Source of the DNA: Amoebidium appalachense
Taxonomy: Eukaryota; Protista; Ichthyosporea
DNA length: 64,000 bases
NCBI GenBank assembly: GCA_963693365.1
Contig: CAVNZM010000017.1
Coordinates: forward strand, 4,950,708 to 5,014,707
Direction of reading: 5' to 3'
Shown in pieces: positions 61,845-64,000 of the stretch (positions are counted from its first letter, which is position 1; every line of letters starts with the position of its first letter). The translations under genes were made by a program, and so were the position numbers. Below the pieces are notes generated by a model. The model had not been told where the DNA came from. It ran no database searches and worked only from the letters and a program-made list of their open reading frames with translations.

Positions 61845-62957
61845 CCACCACCACCTGCTTTTCCGTATTCCAGGAATATATAAAAAACTGCAAAGGTATG
61901 ATGTTCTGTATTTATTACATTTTGCCTTTTGTCGACCTAGTACACAGTGTTTTGTTTCCACAAACTTAGCTGAAACCCTACTCTGCTTGCTCTAGACATC
62001 ATCCTTACTCTAGATGTAACAGTTGCTTGAGATAGAACATAAGAATAAGGTGCGGGTTCTCAACAGATGCAAAAATCAGCACACCAATATCTTGTTACCC
62101 CTAGAGTCGGCGTGCACAAGAAAAACCACTCAAGCCCTAACCATGTTTCTACAACGTGATTCTACATAAGACAATTATCAAGACTACGCTACGAGTTTCC
62201 GGAGTAAATATTAACGAAGCAGGACGATACGTGGCGCTCAAATGCCTCGGTAAGAATTAGAAAAAAGAAGGAAAGGCACACCAAAAAAGTCTTTTTTCTC
62301 TGTATATTTGCCCTGTATTATTTTGCTCAAATCACACGGGTGCACCAATCATGGAAAATGTAGCCGGAAGCAGCGCCTCATTGCTGAGCCTGGGGAAAAA
62401 CACAACTTGTTAGACTTGTGAGAACATCACCAGAGCAAGGGCGAAAAAAAAAAAAAAAAAAAAGAAGAGAGAGAGAGAGAGAGAAAGATAAACCCCCCTT
62501 CCCCTCGGGGGGCCGAGCAAATGAATAGGACACGTAGGGTTCCTACGAATGAGAACAAATGTGTTGGCCTGCGAGTGTTCGTATGTGTGTGCCATCAACA
62601 AGTGGACACCTTTGGCATGGTGTGTGTGTATGGGTGTGGGTTGAGAGCAAATGTGTGTTGGGTAAAGTGAACTATCAACTAGAGAGGAGTGCAGGGAGAG
62701 CGTGCTATGCAGCTCACTGAATCACGTAGGCATACACACACACACGTACACACGTATGCACTAGCAGGAAAGTGTTGACAGGCACGCTGGGGGGGGGGGG
62801 GGGGGGGGGGGGGGAGGTCGTGTAGCTGACATATGATACGGTCATGCTTGTGTGTGTGCGTGTGCGCGCGTATGCTTACGCCAGAGCGATGCAAAACATG
62901 AACTAATCACCCAATCTTTCCACTGAGACGTAATTCACACAATCCAAACTTGAATAC

Positions 62958-63051
62958 TTAAGACTGCTGTGCAGAGCTCAAAAATATCTGCGTACAGAAG
63001 CCCCCCCCCCCCCCCCCAAAAAAAAACAAAACACAAGGGACAACAAGAGGG

Positions 63052-63128
<77 letters not shown>

Positions 63129-63494
63129 ACCACACGTGTGCGTGCGTGCGTGGACACACACACACAAACCCACCTGCGCCTGCTGCGGCCCACTGCGCCA
63201 ATTTTGATTGGAGCTCGCCCCTCCCTGTCCATGCCAGTTGTTCTGGTTGTTTCCATACCCCCCACCCTGATTTCCACCATAACGATGCCCACCACCACCG
63301 CCACCATGGTGGCCCCCCCCCCACGGTTGTTATTGTATCCTCCATAACCACCACCGCCACCACGCCCACCGCGGTAATAATTCCCTCCGCGGCCTCCACG
63401 GTAGCCACCACGACCACGGCCACGGTAGTTTGCATCGGCACCGAATGTTTCGACGTTGACACGACGCTCCTCGGAGGCATTGTGACGCGGCCGC
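62958..63494 (-). CDS. LSM14: 3' end of LSM14/Scd6/Trailer hitch P-body protein (TFG box + RGG tail). The gene continues beyond the window.
   Basis: Exon 63494-63174 encodes EERRVNVETFG followed by RGRGRGGYRGGRGG. The terminal micro-exon (Q)S* ends at 62958. One frameshift in a G10 run (63313-63322) is needed to keep the Gly/Asn-rich frame. Confidence 0.85.
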
Positions 63495-63926
63495 CTGTTG
63501 GGAAGGGAGGGGAAGGAGAGAAGGGAAGAGGGGGAGGGGGGGGGGGGGGGGGGGAGGTGTTTGAATGCGAAACACAGTACGCAGTACGAATACACGATGA
63601 GAAGCATGGTGCAGGACACATGCAAAGGCAAACATTTAAGTATGCAACACCAGCCATGCGCACAGTATGCGTCATAAGGGGGGGGGGGGGATTTGAATGT
63701 GTCATAAAGTACGAAGTACACAAGAACAATGGATAACACGATGAGGAATGCAAACCATACATGAGACACGGGCGGGGATGAGGGTAGCTTATGGGGGATT
63801 ATTTCTAAAAGCAGGAAAACACACACACCTTTTCTGCTTGCAGCATTGGAAACTTCACTTTTAACTGAACATTTTCAGGGGGAACACCTCGCCAAGGGGT
63901 TGGTGTATGGTGGTGGTGATGGGTAA

Positions 63927-63957
<31 letters not shown>

Positions 63958-64000
63958 AAGAAGGGGGTACGTGCGTACACACAAGCAAGTTACATCGTCT

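Noticed and set aside
62978-63826. 282-aa single-exon ORF
   Set aside because: Only 63494-63174 is exon. The rest is intron (repeat family, poly-T, GT repeats) read through by chance.

Overview
This is eukaryotic DNA (GT-AG introns, a TTAGGG-type telomere motif, fungal/holozoan-like genes; the taxon is not identifiable from the sequence). It is saturated with poly-G/poly-C and (CA)n/(CT)n tracts, which account for most of the ORF track. By hand I reconstructed five genes: an intronless pectin-acetylesterase/Notum-like secreted esterase (+), a 6-exon GEP4-type phosphatidylglycerophosphatase (-), a 6-exon RSA3-domain protein (+), a 3-exon Tyr-type glutathione S-transferase (+), and the 3' end of LSM14/Scd6 (-). 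A poorly resolved multi-exon gene (-) lies at the left end. The 22-63 kb stretch is an accessory region with three main parts. (1) A ~2.2-kb near-perfect palindrome (22699-27771) carries two inward-facing copies of a signal-peptide gene; it has telomere repeats at its symmetry axis and three later TE insertions (one hAT, two solo LTRs), whose empty sites are visible in the opposite arm. (2) Three tandem prepropeptide genes end in a CX3C-Xn-CX3C hairpin peptide. (3) Three tandem genes encode a 10-Cys secreted protein. A short dispersed repeat occurs about 13 times, only inside or next to intron-containing genes, and always in the same orientation relative to the host transcript. All gene models and identities come from manual reading and motif recall, with no database search.
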